The notes under the pieces are model-generated. The model was given only the letters and a program-made list of their open reading frames with translations, did not search any database and was not told the origin of the DNA. This document shows, piece after piece, positions 1 to 9,114 of a stretch of DNA of 58,663 bases. The stretch covers positions 1 to 58,663 of the forward strand of contig JBBTWN010000002.1 of assembly GCA_038062735.1 (NCBI GenBank). Reading direction: 5' to 3'. Position 1 is the stretch's first letter. Each line of letters opens with the position of its first letter. Both the position numbers and the translations under genes were made by a program. Source of the DNA: Patescibacteria group bacterium. GTDB taxonomy: Bacteria; Patescibacteriota; Minisyncoccia; Phycocordibacterales; Phycocordibacteraceae.

Positions 1-1943
1 GGGATGCGACGGAGGTAGAAGACGGCGACTACTATCTTCGTGCTTCGGTGTATGACGGCATCGTTACAGCGTATACTGATCCCATTCATATATTAGTACG
101 GAACACGCTTCCATTGTTTCGTTTCGAAGATGGGAGAAAAACCATTGTGAGTAAATTTACGGCGACACTCGTGGGTCGCGTTTTGACGCCGGAGTCCGTC
201 TCACCTCGTCCCACAGTACTCAAAGCAGAATATAGTGTCGATAGCGGCAAGCGGTGGATCCCAGTCAAATTTACGTCGGGTAGTAATACTCCAGAAGCAC
301 GTTTCTCCATTGCTGTGAGCGGTCTCAAGGAGGGCATCAATACAACGCTCTGGCGAGTCAAAGACTCTCGGGGTCTTCTCGGGCGCTCTTCGCATAGCAT
401 TATCGTTGACACCGACCCGCCTCCTCCACCAGTGGTGAGCAGTAACCAAAAAAATAGAGTTACCAACGAACATGATGTTGATCGTTCAAAAAAGGGACTC
501 CAGATTGATCTGTCGGGTACTGCAGAACCACAGAGTGTCGTAACGCTTACTGGTCTCACTGACCGCGTCAGTGTCACAACGTCAATTCTCGGGACTTTCC
601 TTTTCCACGGACTTGAGGTGGCGACCCGCGGTGTACATGAGGTGCGATTAGTAGCTACTGACCAAGCAGGAAATGTTAGTACAGAATCGATCGACTCATT
701 TATATACGATAATCCGCCGGTAATTACGTTTATTAAGCCAAAGCAATTTCGAGGTCTGCAAGGTGCAGCACGTGTTCAGTGGAAGATCACCGACATCGAT
801 AACGACCCGATTCGTGATGTGCTGCTCATGTATCGCCGAGGTAATGGAACATGGACACAGATACCCGTTGATTCTACAAAAGGTGGGGTCGACTGGGATA
901 CGACTCGTCTGGTCGAAGCACGCGATTATCAACTGCGCCTTGAAGCAAGTGATGGCATCGCGTCATCCAGTGCTGTCGTTGATTTTGCGATTGACAGCTC
1001 GTCCCCTCTAGTACAGGCATTTCAACTCAAAAAGAATGTGATAGGAGCGTCTGACACCTTTGAAGGGAGTGGCGTGGCTGAAGACGCTGGGTCTGGAATC
1101 GAATATGTTGAATACGCACTTGTTTCTGAACCATTTACAGACAATACTGCCGATTGGGTGCGCGCGACTATTACTAACGGTTTTTTGGGCACCACCGCGA
1201 AGTTTCTGGTGAAGCATCCGACGATTCTTGTGGATGGTGTGTATAAAATATTAGTTCGAGCGACGGATGCCGCGGGGAATGTATCGTCCATACACTCGGA
1301 TATGCTCACTATAGATACAACGCCGCCTCGCGTTGGGGCATTTTCTGCCTCTCTTGGCGGTGGTGTAAGCATTTCGCCCGACAAGAACGGGATGTTAACA
1401 CTCTATACAGGCAGTGCTCTTCTCTTTGGAGTATCACTCGAGTCTGATACGGTGCGTGCATCACTTGCTATCGAGAGCAATGTCTTTCCACTCCAACAGA
1501 GTATTGCAACTGGCCTCTGGGAGGGTCCCGTTTCTATCACCGGTAGTTCATCAGCTACACTTCTTCTCACTGCTGAAGATGAGCGGCACAATGTTCTACA
1601 AGACAAAAATATTGGTATGGTGATACCCGTTCGGCGAGGCACCATCACCGATGGCACACGGCCTGTCGTTGGCGCGCAGGTAACAGCAGAGTCCATTGAC
1701 GATCAATCAGCAGTGCAACAAGGTACAATTGAAGTTATGTCACAAGAAGATGGAACGTACGAGCTTGTGCTACCCGCCGGCACGTACCGCCTGAGAATGC
1801 GTCAGTCTGGTTATCGCACTGAAGAAACAATGTTGACACTCCCACAAGCGGCTTTTGTCACCGCATCATTTGTCACAGAACAGATATCAGTGATACGTCA
1901 GGTGTGGCAGTCTATTATTGAATACGTGTACGACGCGTTATGA
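1..1943 (+). CDS. Large secreted/surface protein, 5'-truncated by the window edge: tandem bacterial Ig-like domains plus a C-terminal CarboxypepD_reg-like beta-sandwich
   Basis: The frame of track ORF 48..1943 stays open back to nt 3 (DATEVEDGDYYLRASVYDG...), so the gene starts upstream of the window. Domain-end motifs 'ATDxAGNxS...DxxPP' repeat (LVATDQAGNVS..DNPP; VRATDAAGNVSS..DTTPP; IIVDTDPPPPP). The tail 'GTITDG..VVGAQV..EDGTYELVLPAGTYRLRMRQSGY' fits the carboxypeptidase-regulatory-like fold. Confidence 0.6.
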   Translation, partial: DATEVEDGDYYLRASVYDGIVTAYTDPIHILVRNTLPLFRFEDGRKTIVSKFTATLVGRVLTPESVSPRPTVLKAEYSVDSGKRWIPVKFTSGSNTPEARFSIAVSGLKEGINTTLWRVKDSRGLLGRSSHSIIVDTDPPPPPVVSSNQKNRVTNEHDVDRSKKGLQIDLSGTAEPQSVVTLTGLTDRVSVTTSILGTFLFHGLEVATRGVHEVRLVATDQAGNVSTESIDSFIYDNPPVITFIKPKQFRGLQGAARVQWKITDIDNDPIRDVLLMYRRGNGTWTQIPVDSTKGGVDWDTTRLVEARDYQLRLEASDGIASSSAVVDFAIDSSSPLVQAFQLKKNVIGASDTFEGSGVAEDAGSGIEYVEYALVSEPFTDNTADWVRATITNGFLGTTAKFLVKHPTILVDGVYKILVRATDAAGNVSSIHSDMLTIDTTPPRVGAFSASLGGGVSISPDKNGMLTLYTGSALLFGVSLESDTVRASLAIESNVFPLQQSIATGLWEGPVSITGSSSATLLLTAEDERHNVLQDKNIGMVIPVRRGTITDGTRPVVGAQVTAESIDDQSAVQQGTIEVMSQEDGTYELVLPAGTYRLRMRQSGYRTEETMLTLPQAAFVTASFVTEQISVIRQVWQSIIEYVYDAL

Positions 1944-2524
1944 AATCTATACTATCACCAGCAGCTGTGGTTGTCGGCATCGCATTACTTTTTTTTGTTT
2001 TATATCAGCAGGGGAGTACGATCATCCCTGGACTTGCCGGTGAAGTGCCATCAATGGAAGCATCGGATACGGAGGCAACGGATATGTCGCTTTTGAATGT
2101 TCGTGCACCATACTTTGACTTACCAAACATAAACGGCGATCACGTAACGCTTGATTCGTTCTCGAACACACCGCTCGTTGTCGTTTTTTGGACGACAACG
2201 AGTGGAGATGGTGCTGATCAAATTAAGATACTCGACGACTACCTCGCGTCACCTGATGTTGATCAACAGCTTGTTCAGGTCGTCGCGATCAATAGCCAAG
2301 AAGAAAAAAGTGTCATTACCGCATTCATGCGTCGCGGTGGCTATACGGTACCAACGCTCATCGATAGTAGGGGGGTGGTCACAGAACAATATAAAGTTCG
2401 CGGCATTCCTGTTTTTTATTTTCTTGATGGAGGCGGTGTCGTCCGAGAGATTTATACGGGCATACTCAGCGCTCGAATGGTGGGGGATAAGGTAGAACAA
2501 CTGCTCCGAGGAGCTACACTGTAG
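1940..2524 (+). CDS. Membrane-anchored TlpA/ResA-like thioredoxin-fold protein lacking the CxxC active site
   Basis: N-terminal TM helix (AAVVVGIALLFFVLY). The redoxin-type block 'PLVVVFWTTTSGDGADQ...VVAINSQEE...GIPVFYFLD' has SGDG where TlpA-like proteins carry CxxC. ATGA overlap with the upstream gene. Confidence 0.6.
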   Translation: MKSILSPAAVVVGIALLFFVLYQQGSTIIPGLAGEVPSMEASDTEATDMSLLNVRAPYFDLPNINGDHVTLDSFSNTPLVVVFWTTTSGDGADQIKILDDYLASPDVDQQLVQVVAINSQEEKSVITAFMRRGGYTVPTLIDSRGVVTEQYKVRGIPVFYFLDGGGVVREIYTGILSARMVGDKVEQLLRGATL

Positions 2525-2530
2525 GGGGAT

Positions 2531-4027
2531 ATGTCACTGTACTTTCTTTTTAATAACATCCACTTTGCCCTTGAACTCATGGGTGCCGTTGCATTTTTGA
2601 TGGCGGCGTGGCTAACGTTTGATACCTACACGCTACGAAAAGATGGCTCGGTACTCATGCGAAGTATTGGTTTTGGCTTCTTCGCTGTGTGGCAGGTGGT
2701 GTATGCCGTTACCGCAGGGAACGATATTCTCTCGTATATAGGCTCGGTCATACTCCTCATCGCACTCGCGCTTATTGCGGGGAGTTTCCTCAAGCATCAA
2801 GAGCTTCATGTACAGGCAGTTATTGTGCTTCCCGCCTTTTCGCTCTGGAGTGGTGTCATTCAGACTGCAGCTGCAATGTTCTTTTTTATTACCGCCTATC
2901 TGTCGTATCGTCGCTCAGTGCAAGAAATGAACGTCACCTGGAGACCGTTCTACCTCTCGTTTGCGTGTCTTGGACTCGCCGCGGTTCTCTCAGTTTTTGT
3001 TAAAGAAAATCAAATTGGCATCATTGCAACAGGACAATATCTTTTTCAGTTCGTCGGATTTGCACTCTTGGCGTGGTGGGTCTGGCAATATTTGCAGCTC
3101 AGGATCCGAGAAAGCTTAATACTCATCTTTATATCCGCTGCACTGTTCCTTTCGACGGTTGTGACGCTAGCGTTTTCTACGATTCTCATCAGTCAGATAA
3201 CTGAGCAAACACAGAGCAATCTATTGACCGATGCACGCGTTCTCGATCTCGCCATCAAGAGTCTTCAGGAAGAGTCGCTTGCCAAAGTAGAGATTATTTC
3301 ACTTGACACAGGTATACAAGAAGCGATTCAGGAGAACGACTTTGTTCGTCTCGATGAGGTTGCAGAGTCATTTATGGAGGAGTATCGTCTTGGATTTTTA
3401 ACTATTGCAGATAAAGATGGCAGTGTATTAGTACGCGCCCACGCGCTCTCAAGAAAGGGAGACTCATTAATAGGAGAACGTGCATTTGAAGAGGCAATCC
3501 AGGGTAAAACGTTTGTAACCATTGAAAATAGTATTGTTGAAAAGCTATCTATAAGGGCAGGCGCGCCGCTGGTACGGGATGGACAACCCATGGGCGTCGT
3601 CATTGCGGGGTATCAACTCGATAATGCACTCGTCGACCGTATGAAGCGTGTGACGGGGCTCGAGATGCTTATTTATAATAAGAATACTTCAGTCGCCGCA
3701 ACTGCACTCGCTGCGGACGGTCGCACGCGCGTAACGGGCGTTCCTGTTTCTAATAGTGAGGTCGAGCAGACCGTCTTAGTTGATGGCAAGAGCATGACCG
3801 CTGAGTCACGATTTTATGGTGCCCCGTATCAGTCAAGTTTTTTGCCGCTGGTGAATGGTGACAAGAAAATCGTTGGTATGATTTCAGCCGCGAAACCAGA
3901 ACAAGATATTCTTGACATTGCAAACGCCACCAATCGACTCACACTCATTACTATTATCATCATTATGCTTGCACTTGCATATCCTATTTACTTCCTCACC
4001 AGACGTTTGACCAGTGAGGGAGCATAG
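2531..4027 (+). CDS. Multi-pass membrane sensor module (about 7 TM helices + extracytoplasmic Cache/PDC-like domain + terminal TM) without any output domain
   Basis: Hydrophobic N-terminal half. It is followed by a ~270-aa soluble region with a Cache-like pattern (..FLTIADKDGSVLVRAH..GVVIAGYQLDN..IVGMISAAKP..) and a last TM (LTLITIIIIMLALAYPIYFL). The protein ends 10 aa after that TM. Confidence 0.55.
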   Translation: MSLYFLFNNIHFALELMGAVAFLMAAWLTFDTYTLRKDGSVLMRSIGFGFFAVWQVVYAVTAGNDILSYIGSVILLIALALIAGSFLKHQELHVQAVIVLPAFSLWSGVIQTAAAMFFFITAYLSYRRSVQEMNVTWRPFYLSFACLGLAAVLSVFVKENQIGIIATGQYLFQFVGFALLAWWVWQYLQLRIRESLILIFISAALFLSTVVTLAFSTILISQITEQTQSNLLTDARVLDLAIKSLQEESLAKVEIISLDTGIQEAIQENDFVRLDEVAESFMEEYRLGFLTIADKDGSVLVRAHALSRKGDSLIGERAFEEAIQGKTFVTIENSIVEKLSIRAGAPLVRDGQPMGVVIAGYQLDNALVDRMKRVTGLEMLIYNKNTSVAATALAADGRTRVTGVPVSNSEVEQTVLVDGKSMTAESRFYGAPYQSSFLPLVNGDKKIVGMISAAKPEQDILDIANATNRLTLITIIIIMLALAYPIYFLTRRLTSEGA

Positions 4028-4062
4028 GAGGATGATTCTGGTGCTACAATCCAAAGAGGAGC

Positions 4063-5271
4063 TTGAGTATGATTAAATACAGTATCGTCGCGTTCCTTCT
4101 CGTCGTTGTACTTGCAGCTGGAGGAGCGTACTACGTGTACATGCTCAATGGTGCATCTGCACCGGCCATACAAACAGGCTCAACTCCCGGTGTTACCGAT
4201 ACTGAAATACTCCTCGGGTCGTCCTCAGCTCTTTCAGGACCTGCAGCGAGCTTAGGTACCAACCTTATCTCAGGCGCAAATGTGGCGATTCGTGAGATTA
4301 ATGAAGCCGGAGGAGTGAATGGGAGAATACTCAAACTCGTTTCGTACGATGATCAGTATGACCCACCAAAAGCGGTAGAGAATACACAAAAGCTTATCAA
4401 CGAAGATAAGGTCTTTGTTCTTTTTAATTACGTCGGCACACCTACTGGTGTCAAAGTTATGCCTGTAGTCGCAGACGCCAAGGTTCCTCTGGTGGGGATG
4501 TTTACCGGTGCGGAGGCGTTTCGTAACCCATTACAGAGATATATTTTTAACATTCGAGGATCGTACTATCAGGAAACTGAGCTCGCCACGAGATATTTTG
4601 TTGACAATCTTGGATTGAAAAAAATTGCAGTGCTGTATCAGGCCGATGCGTTCGGCATTGCAGGATTTGAGGGGACAAAAATTGCTCTCGACAAGCGGGG
4701 ACTGAAACCTGTCGCCACGGGGACGTACGAGAGAAACACCGTGGATGTCGAAGAAGGAACGCGTGCGATTACGGCTTCTGACGCTCAAGCAGTTATTATG
4801 ATTGGGACATATTCGCCACTTGCCAAGTCTGTCGAGCTTATAAAAGGGGACAGGCCAGAAATGTTATTCCACACGGTTTCTTTTGTTGGGCCCGAGGCAT
4901 TCATACATGAGTTAAACGGAAAAACAGATAATGTCTTTGTGACTCAAGTCGTCCCCCCTACATACTATGGCGAGCTCTTTGATGCCGTTAAGAGATATAA
5001 CGACGGGCTCGCAAAATATTATCCCGACACTGAAGCTACGTTTGGCGGTCTTGAAGGATACGTCAATACAAAAATTCTGGCAGAGGGTATCCGTCTCGCA
5101 GGAACCGAACTTACCCGCGAGGGATTGGTGGGCGCACTCGAATCGCTGAAAAATTTTGATGTGGGTATCGGCGTCAACGTATCATTTAGTCCAACTAACC
5201 ACCAGGGTTTGGATAAGGTATACCTCACTGACTTTGATAAGGGTACCTTTGAGATTGTCCCTGTGAAGTAA
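4063..5271 (+). CDS. Type I periplasmic-binding-fold solute-binding protein (LivK / Peripla_BP_6-like, amino-acid-binding type), TM-anchored
   Basis: 'AIREINEAGGVNGRILKLVSYDDQYDPPKAVENTQKLINEDKVFVLFNYVGTPTG' is the characteristic LivJ/LivK-family N-lobe. N-terminal anchor IVAFLLVVVLAAGGAYYV. SD-like agaggag lies 8 nt upstream of the ATG. No ABC permease or ATPase gene nearby. Confidence 0.8.
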   Translation: MSMIKYSIVAFLLVVVLAAGGAYYVYMLNGASAPAIQTGSTPGVTDTEILLGSSSALSGPAASLGTNLISGANVAIREINEAGGVNGRILKLVSYDDQYDPPKAVENTQKLINEDKVFVLFNYVGTPTGVKVMPVVADAKVPLVGMFTGAEAFRNPLQRYIFNIRGSYYQETELATRYFVDNLGLKKIAVLYQADAFGIAGFEGTKIALDKRGLKPVATGTYERNTVDVEEGTRAITASDAQAVIMIGTYSPLAKSVELIKGDRPEMLFHTVSFVGPEAFIHELNGKTDNVFVTQVVPPTYYGELFDAVKRYNDGLAKYYPDTEATFGGLEGYVNTKILAEGIRLAGTELTREGLVGALESLKNFDVGIGVNVSFSPTNHQGLDKVYLTDFDKGTFEIVPVK

Positions 5272-5277
5272 TAATGC

Positions 5278-6159
5278 ATGGTCTGGGGACTCCGAACGAA
5301 GTTTTTTCTGGCTTTCGTGGGTCTCGTATTAGTGGCGTCAGCAATCAATTTGGTTGTTGCAGTTTCTGCTATTCAAAATAGTCTCACCGAAGATCTACTA
5401 CAAAGGCTGGTGGGTAACACAAAAGCACAAATAAATGACCTAACGAATTTCGTACTCATTGGTAATAAGGAGGGCCTCATCAACTCAATTTTTAACGAAA
5501 AGTCTTCTCGAAAAGATTTGGCCTACCAGCTGGTTTTAAATGAGAACAATCAGTTATTGGCGAGCACACTCGTTAATCAGGACCCTCAGCAGTTCGTTTC
5601 GTACAATGTTTTGCCAGACGGGGCCACAGAACACATTGAACTCGTGTCCTTGGACGATGGACAAACGGTATACGATATCGCGCTTCGACTAGATTACGAC
5701 AAAGGGATTGTTCGGGCTGGATATTTCAAAAATCAGATTGACGCGAGCGTTTTGAGTATCGTGTATCTTCTTATCCTCGGAGTCGTTGCTTCCATTGCGG
5801 TTGCACTCGCTGTTTCTTTTCTTTTCACTAAGAGTTTTTTCAAACCACTTGCTGAACTTAAGGTAGCGGTTGAAAAAGTATCAGCAGGAGATCTGTCAGT
5901 GCGAGCACGCGTAACCACCAACGACGAGCTTGGATACTTGGCGCTCGCATTTAATGCGATGGCATCTGAGATTCAAAAATCCTACCAACAGCTTGAGGGT
6001 AAGGTCGATGAAAGAACGTCCGAGCTCAATCTGAAACTTGATGAGCTCGGTAGACTCAACAGGCTTATGGTTGGTAGAGAGTTAAAGATGGTAGAATTAA
6101 AGCAACAGAACGCACATTTACTCGAACAGCTCACACTTAAAAATAATTATCATACATGA
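5278..6159 (+). CDS. TM - extracytoplasmic domain - TM - HAMP - coiled-coil transducer with no kinase/MCP/GGDEF output
   Basis: Two TM helices (FFLAFVGLVLVASAINLVVAV; VLSIVYLLILGVVASIAVALAVSFLF) flank ~130 aa. HAMP signature 'FKPLAELKVAVEKVSAGDLSVRARVTTNDELGYLALAFNAMASEI', then a heptad-rich tail. Confidence 0.65.
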   Translation: MVWGLRTKFFLAFVGLVLVASAINLVVAVSAIQNSLTEDLLQRLVGNTKAQINDLTNFVLIGNKEGLINSIFNEKSSRKDLAYQLVLNENNQLLASTLVNQDPQQFVSYNVLPDGATEHIELVSLDDGQTVYDIALRLDYDKGIVRAGYFKNQIDASVLSIVYLLILGVVASIAVALAVSFLFTKSFFKPLAELKVAVEKVSAGDLSVRARVTTNDELGYLALAFNAMASEIQKSYQQLEGKVDERTSELNLKLDELGRLNRLMVGRELKMVELKQQNAHLLEQLTLKNNYHT

Positions 6160-7298
6160 AAATCGAACAAAAAAAATGGACTCAAGAAGGTGGTTGGATA
6201 ACGACCTCAAAAGTGGCTCTCCCGAGCTCTCCCCAGCTCGTATTGGTATTTGGTGCAAGTGCACTCGTGAGTCAGGAGAGTGTGTTTAGTGAGGTGAAGG
6301 CGCAGTATCCATCGTCTCACATCATTATGATGTCGACCGCAGGGGAAATACTGGACACCTCAGTGTCGGACAACTCATTATCACTCTCTGCTCTCTATTT
6401 TGAGAAGACCACGCTTAATGTGAGACAAGTCGAGATTACCAATTCTGCAGAAACCAAGACTGTCGCAGAAGCTCTCGCGCACTCAATTCCAACAGAAAAG
6501 TTGGTGCACGTTATGGTATTTTCTGACGGTCTCAAGGTTAATGGCACAACACTTGTTGAAGGTATCACTTCGGTATTACCAAGGAGGGTGGGGCTCACCG
6601 GGGGGCTCGTTGGAGATGGGGCAGATTTTAAACATACCTACGTTGGACTCGATCAAGTAGCAACCGAAGGAAAGATAGTCGCCGTGGGTTTTTATGGTGA
6701 TGCACTTAAAGTGAGCTATGGGTCAATGGGAGGGTGGGATCCCTTTGGTCCCGAACGGACGATCACCAAAGCGAAAGACAATGTGCTCTATGAGCTTGAT
6801 GGGAAACCAGCACTTGAAATTTATAAGGAATATCTTGGCGATAAGGCCAAAGAGCTCCCTGGATCGGGCCTACTCTTTCCACTTTCTCTAAGCCTTCCAG
6901 GCACGGACGGTGTGTCACAAGTTGTTCGGACTATTCTTGCGGTCAACGAGACTGATCACAGCATGACCTTTGCAGGCACAATGCCCGAAGGTGTGAAAGC
7001 GCAGCTTATGAAGGCAAATTTTGAACGACTCGTCGGTGGAGCGTCTAGTGCAGCCAGTATGATTAAAGAGTTCAACGCGCGGGCAGAGCTCGCCATCCTC
7101 ATTAGCTGCGTTGGAAGAAAATTGGTACTCAAGGAGAGAATTGAAGAAGAAACAGAGGCGATACGAGAGGTATTTGGTCCTGACACGGTGCTCGCTGGCT
7201 TTTATTCATATGGCGAGATATCGCCCGGATCGCCCACCGCAAGCCAGTGCGAGCTCCACAATCAGACAATGACTATCACCACATTTGAAGAAAGGTGA
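6156..7298 (+). CDS. FIST-domain sensory protein (FIST_N + FIST_C)
   Basis: The C-terminal block 'AELAILISCVGRKLVL...VLAGFYSYGEISP....CELHNQTMTITTF' is the typical FIST_C signature. The N-terminal half has 'PQLVLVFGA...MMSTAGEIL'. ATGA overlap with the HAMP gene. Confidence 0.8.
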   Translation: MKIEQKKWTQEGGWITTSKVALPSSPQLVLVFGASALVSQESVFSEVKAQYPSSHIIMMSTAGEILDTSVSDNSLSLSALYFEKTTLNVRQVEITNSAETKTVAEALAHSIPTEKLVHVMVFSDGLKVNGTTLVEGITSVLPRRVGLTGGLVGDGADFKHTYVGLDQVATEGKIVAVGFYGDALKVSYGSMGGWDPFGPERTITKAKDNVLYELDGKPALEIYKEYLGDKAKELPGSGLLFPLSLSLPGTDGVSQVVRTILAVNETDHSMTFAGTMPEGVKAQLMKANFERLVGGASSAASMIKEFNARAELAILISCVGRKLVLKERIEEETEAIREVFGPDTVLAGFYSYGEISPGSPTASQCELHNQTMTITTFEER

Positions 7299-7305
7299 GA
7301 GCAGA

Positions 7306-8688
7306 ATGAATAAGGTCCTTGAACGACAGATCAAAAAGGTCTTCGGAAGTGTCGATAATGTTCCGAAAGACTTCCTACCACTTATCGAGTTGATTAGCAC
7401 TACCTATGACCACAGCGAGGAAGATCGACTCTTGGTGGAGCGGTCGTTTGATCTCAACTCCAAGGAGATGTCAGAACTCAATGAAAAGCTTAAAGTAGAA
7501 ACGGCAAGCTTGGAAACTCGTACAAAGGAGGCAGAAGACACCAAACATGCGGTCCTCAACTTGCTTGAAGACATCGAGGAAGAAAAAAAGAAGGTCGACC
7601 AACTCGTCATTCTGCGTACGAAGGAACTTGATGATGAAAAGGCTCGTCTCCTCGCCTCCATTAACAGCCTTTCGTTCGGGTTTATTATTGCGGGCATTGA
7701 CCACACCATTCTTCTCAATAACAGATCCGCTGTGGAGCTGTTTGGGTTTAAAGAAAATGAACATATTACGTTCCAAGCAATGTCAGCAAAGTTTGGAGAA
7801 AAATTTGATATTGCTGCAGAGGCTGAGCGATGCGTTAAAAGCGGTAAGGTATGCAACTTTAAGGAAATATTGTTTGAGAAAAAAGTACTGCGAGGTATTA
7901 TCTCTCCCATTATTCAGAAACAGGGCACCGAACTGGTGATCGGATACGTACTTCTTTTGGAAGACGTGACGGAAGCGCGGGCACTTGAGCGGAGCCGTGA
8001 CGAGTTCTTCTCTATCGCGTCCCACGAACTTCGTACGCCGTTGACGGCCATACGCGGCAACGCGGACATGATACTCGATATGTACGCTGACAAACTCGTT
8101 GACAAAGATATGAAGGAGATGCTGGTGGACATTAACACCTCGAGTGTTCGATTGATCGATATCGTCAACGACTTTCTTGAAGTGTCTCGTTTGGAGCAGG
8201 GCAGATTTGAACTCAAAAAAGAATGTTTTGATATACGCGAAGTCGTTGACAAGGTTGTTCGTGATCTTAAAAGCATGACTGAGCAAAATGGTGTTGCACT
8301 CCTCTACATCCCGCCGGGAACGCCACAACCACCGGTGTGCGCTGACAAAAACCGCGTCGAGCAGGTACTCGTTAATCTGGTCGGTAATTCTGCTAAATTT
8401 ACCAAAGCGGGAAGCATCACTATCCACACAGAAATCATAGGACGTTTCCTTAAACTCCAAGTCATTGACACTGGTATAGGTATTTCAGAACAAAACCAAA
8501 ACCTTCTCTTTCGAAAATTCCAGCAAGCCGGCGAGAGCACGCTCGCGAGAGATGTTACGCAGGGGACGGGACTCGGCCTCTATATTTGTCTTCTCCTCAT
8601 CTCCGGTATGGGGGGCACTATTGGGGTTGAAAAAAGCGAGCTAGGAAAGGGCAGTACATTCGCCTTTTCTCTCCCGCTCTTTGAGTGA
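7306..8688 (+). CDS. Soluble sensor histidine kinase (coiled coil + PAS + HisKA + HATPase_c)
   Basis: H-box 'FFSIASHELRTPLTAIRGNAD', N-box 'VLVNLVGNSAKFT', G1 'VIDTGIGI', G2 'GTGLGLYI'. PAS-like 'GFIIAGIDHTILLNNRSAVELFGF'. No TM segment. I prefer ATG 7306 (SD-like aaggtgag 7 nt upstream) over the track's TTG at 7285. Confidence 0.85.
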   Translation: MNKVLERQIKKVFGSVDNVPKDFLPLIELISTTYDHSEEDRLLVERSFDLNSKEMSELNEKLKVETASLETRTKEAEDTKHAVLNLLEDIEEEKKKVDQLVILRTKELDDEKARLLASINSLSFGFIIAGIDHTILLNNRSAVELFGFKENEHITFQAMSAKFGEKFDIAAEAERCVKSGKVCNFKEILFEKKVLRGIISPIIQKQGTELVIGYVLLLEDVTEARALERSRDEFFSIASHELRTPLTAIRGNADMILDMYADKLVDKDMKEMLVDINTSSVRLIDIVNDFLEVSRLEQGRFELKKECFDIREVVDKVVRDLKSMTEQNGVALLYIPPGTPQPPVCADKNRVEQVLVNLVGNSAKFTKAGSITIHTEIIGRFLKLQVIDTGIGISEQNQNLLFRKFQQAGESTLARDVTQGTGLGLYICLLLISGMGGTIGVEKSELGKGSTFAFSLPLFE

Positions 8689-8707
8689 TACACTAAGCAA
8701 AAGACCC

Positions 8708-9100
8708 ATGGGCAAAATATTTATAGTTGAGGATGATCAGTATGTCAGTCGCATGTATGAGCGCATCTTCCGTCTCGGGGGGCACGATGTAGTGTTTGCC
8801 ACTGATGGCGAGTCGGCACTCAAAGTGCTTATGAATGCAAATCCCTTACCTGGTGTTATTCTTCTTGACCTCGTCTTGCCCAAAAAGAGCGGTCTCGAAG
8901 TTCTTACAGAGGTGCGAAGCGATACGAAGTATGACTCGATCCCTATTGCGATTCTTACGAATTCAGTACACCCGGAGGAGGCTGAGAAGTATCTTGCGCT
9001 CGGCGCGGATAAGTATGTGATAAAGATGGACAGCCAAGCAAAGGACGTTATGGCGCTCGCTGAGGAGCTTATGAGCAAGGGGCGTTCCACCTCAAAATAG
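8708..9100 (+). CDS. Single-domain response regulator (receiver only)
   Basis: 'MGKIFIVEDD...ILLDLVLPKKSG...PIAILTN...YVIK' gives the canonical DD/D/T/K receiver residues. There is no DNA-binding or other output domain. The track start at 8681 is TTG; ATG 8708 gives the usual receiver N-terminus. Confidence 0.8.
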   Translation: MGKIFIVEDDQYVSRMYERIFRLGGHDVVFATDGESALKVLMNANPLPGVILLDLVLPKKSGLEVLTEVRSDTKYDSIPIAILTNSVHPEEAEKYLALGADKYVIKMDSQAKDVMALAEELMSKGRSTSK

Positions 9101-9102
9101 AG

Positions 9103-9108
9103 TAGAAT
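9103..9108 (+). promoter_or_regulatory. -10 box TAGAAT exactly 6 nt upstream of ATG 9115 (leaderless-type promoter)
   Basis: Read directly: tagaat-aggcat-ATG. The same TAnnnT-N6-start geometry recurs at >=16 starts in this window. Confidence 0.5.
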
Positions 9109-9114
9109 AGGCAT

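Noticed and set aside
7783-8460. Long antisense ORFs in the track. Examples: 7783..8460(-), 7404..7910(-), 15667..16179(-), 16025..16498(-), 20640..21248(-), 35861..36418(-), 45706..46230(-), 54164..54793(-), 38133..38735(+).
   Set aside because: Each lies entirely inside a gene with strong family motifs on the other strand or frame (histidine kinase, anti-sigma, DipZ-like, NrdA, NrdB, SMC and others). Their translations are low-complexity Ser/Arg/Leu-rich shadow sequences without promoters.
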